A stretch of 64,000 bases of DNA from a virus (Duplodnaviria > Caudoviricetes): positions 77,695 through 141,694 of the IMG/VR virus record IMGVR_UViG_2931736537_000001; one strand, given 5' to 3'. Positions 63,461 to 64,000 of the stretch are shown here, one piece after another. The translations under genes and the position numbers were made by a program. Within the stretch, counting starts at the first letter, position 1; each line of letters begins with the position of its first letter. The notes beneath the pieces were generated by a model. It did no database searches and had not been told where the DNA came from. It saw only the letters and a list, made by a program, of their open reading frames with translations.

Positions 63461-63856
63461 TCAGTTCTCCTGGGCCGCGGGCAGGAGCCGGGCGTAGGCC
63501 CTGGCGGCGTCCTCGAGCTGGGAGCAGATCTCGTCGTCGTCACCGTCGAGGATGGCCCGGATGGCGTCCTGGCCGGTCTCGCAGCCGCGGTTGTACTCGG
63601 CGCTGTCGTAGTCGGGGCCCTTGTCGAGCCAGGCCCGGATCGCCGGTTCGACGGCGGCGAGGTTCTTGGCGTCGGAGCCGTCGAGCCGGTGGCCGGCCAG
63701 GATGCGGCGGACGCTCTCCATGGCCCAGGCGTAGCCCCGGTCGAAGCGGTCGCCGACGTGCTCCGGCTTGATGGCCTGGTACAGGGCGGCGAACTTCTGC
63801 TCGGCACTGAATCCGTGCGCGGCCTGGCCGTTGGTGTTGTTCTGAGGTTCGGTCAC
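63461..63856 (-). CDS. Hypothetical protein
   Basis: 131 aa; FDRGY/YNRG pseudo-repeat. Confidence 0.6.
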   Translation of the reverse strand: MTEPQNNTNGQAAHGFSAEQKFAALYQAIKPEHVGDRFDRGYAWAMESVRRILAGHRLDGSDAKNLAAVEPAIRAWLDKGPDYDSAEYNRGCETGQDAIRAILDGDDDEICSQLEDAARAYARLLPAAQEN

Positions 63857-64000
63857 TTCGGTCGCTCTCGGGTCGGGGGGGGGGGGGGGCGCCCCCCCCC
63901 CCGGGGGGGGGGGGGGGGGGGGTGGGGGGCGGGGGGGGGGGGGGGGGGCGCGGGGGCCCGCGGGGCGGCCCCCGGCGGCCTCGGCCCGCCGACCCCCCCG

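Larger units (their letters stand above)
1..63860. mobile_element. Conjugative phage-plasmid / prophage (siphovirus morphogenesis + TraB transfer + replicon)
   Basis: No housekeeping genes; the same 17-bp operator occurs at 22.9-32.9 kb and at 62 kb, flanking the tra/rep module. Confidence 0.8.

Noticed and set aside
63870-64000. Poly-G/C tract as telomere or G-quadruplex element
   Set aside because: Long homopolymers at the window end look like a sequencing or assembly artefact.
1-64000. tRNA, integrase/att sites, holin, reverse transcriptase/DGR
   Set aside because: None recognised; a holin or integrase may lie outside the window.

Overview
High-GC actinobacterial DNA (gene content and motifs point to Streptomyces) forming one phage-plasmid hybrid. 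The left half is a siphovirus late region on the minus strand: lysis genes, tail, tape measure, capsid, portal and terminase, with two ParB/methyltransferase/TerS-like modules. The right half holds a Streptomyces-type conjugation/spread module (TraB-FtsK, TraA-like, SpdB2/DUF2637-like, Pycsar-effector-like, Mrr-like), an HTH replication initiator, two XRE-led cargo operons and a Fic/Doc TA pair. No integrase, holin, tRNA or CRISPR was seen. Standout observations: (1) a regulon of small-gene cassettes, each headed by a ~50-bp promoter carrying the 17-bp palindrome TACAACG-N3-CGTTGTA (11 copies), four of them followed by a hairpin with an invariant AGGCAAG loop on differing stems; (2) a signal-peptide-less CBM4-GH6 cellulase ending the tail operon; (3) about 34 GGTCTC/GAGACC hexamers in and beyond a coiled-coil/TM/HTH spread gene; (4) a shared late-promoter motif. 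All calls are by-eye motif recognition, with no database searches. The last ~130 nt are probably a poly-G artefact.
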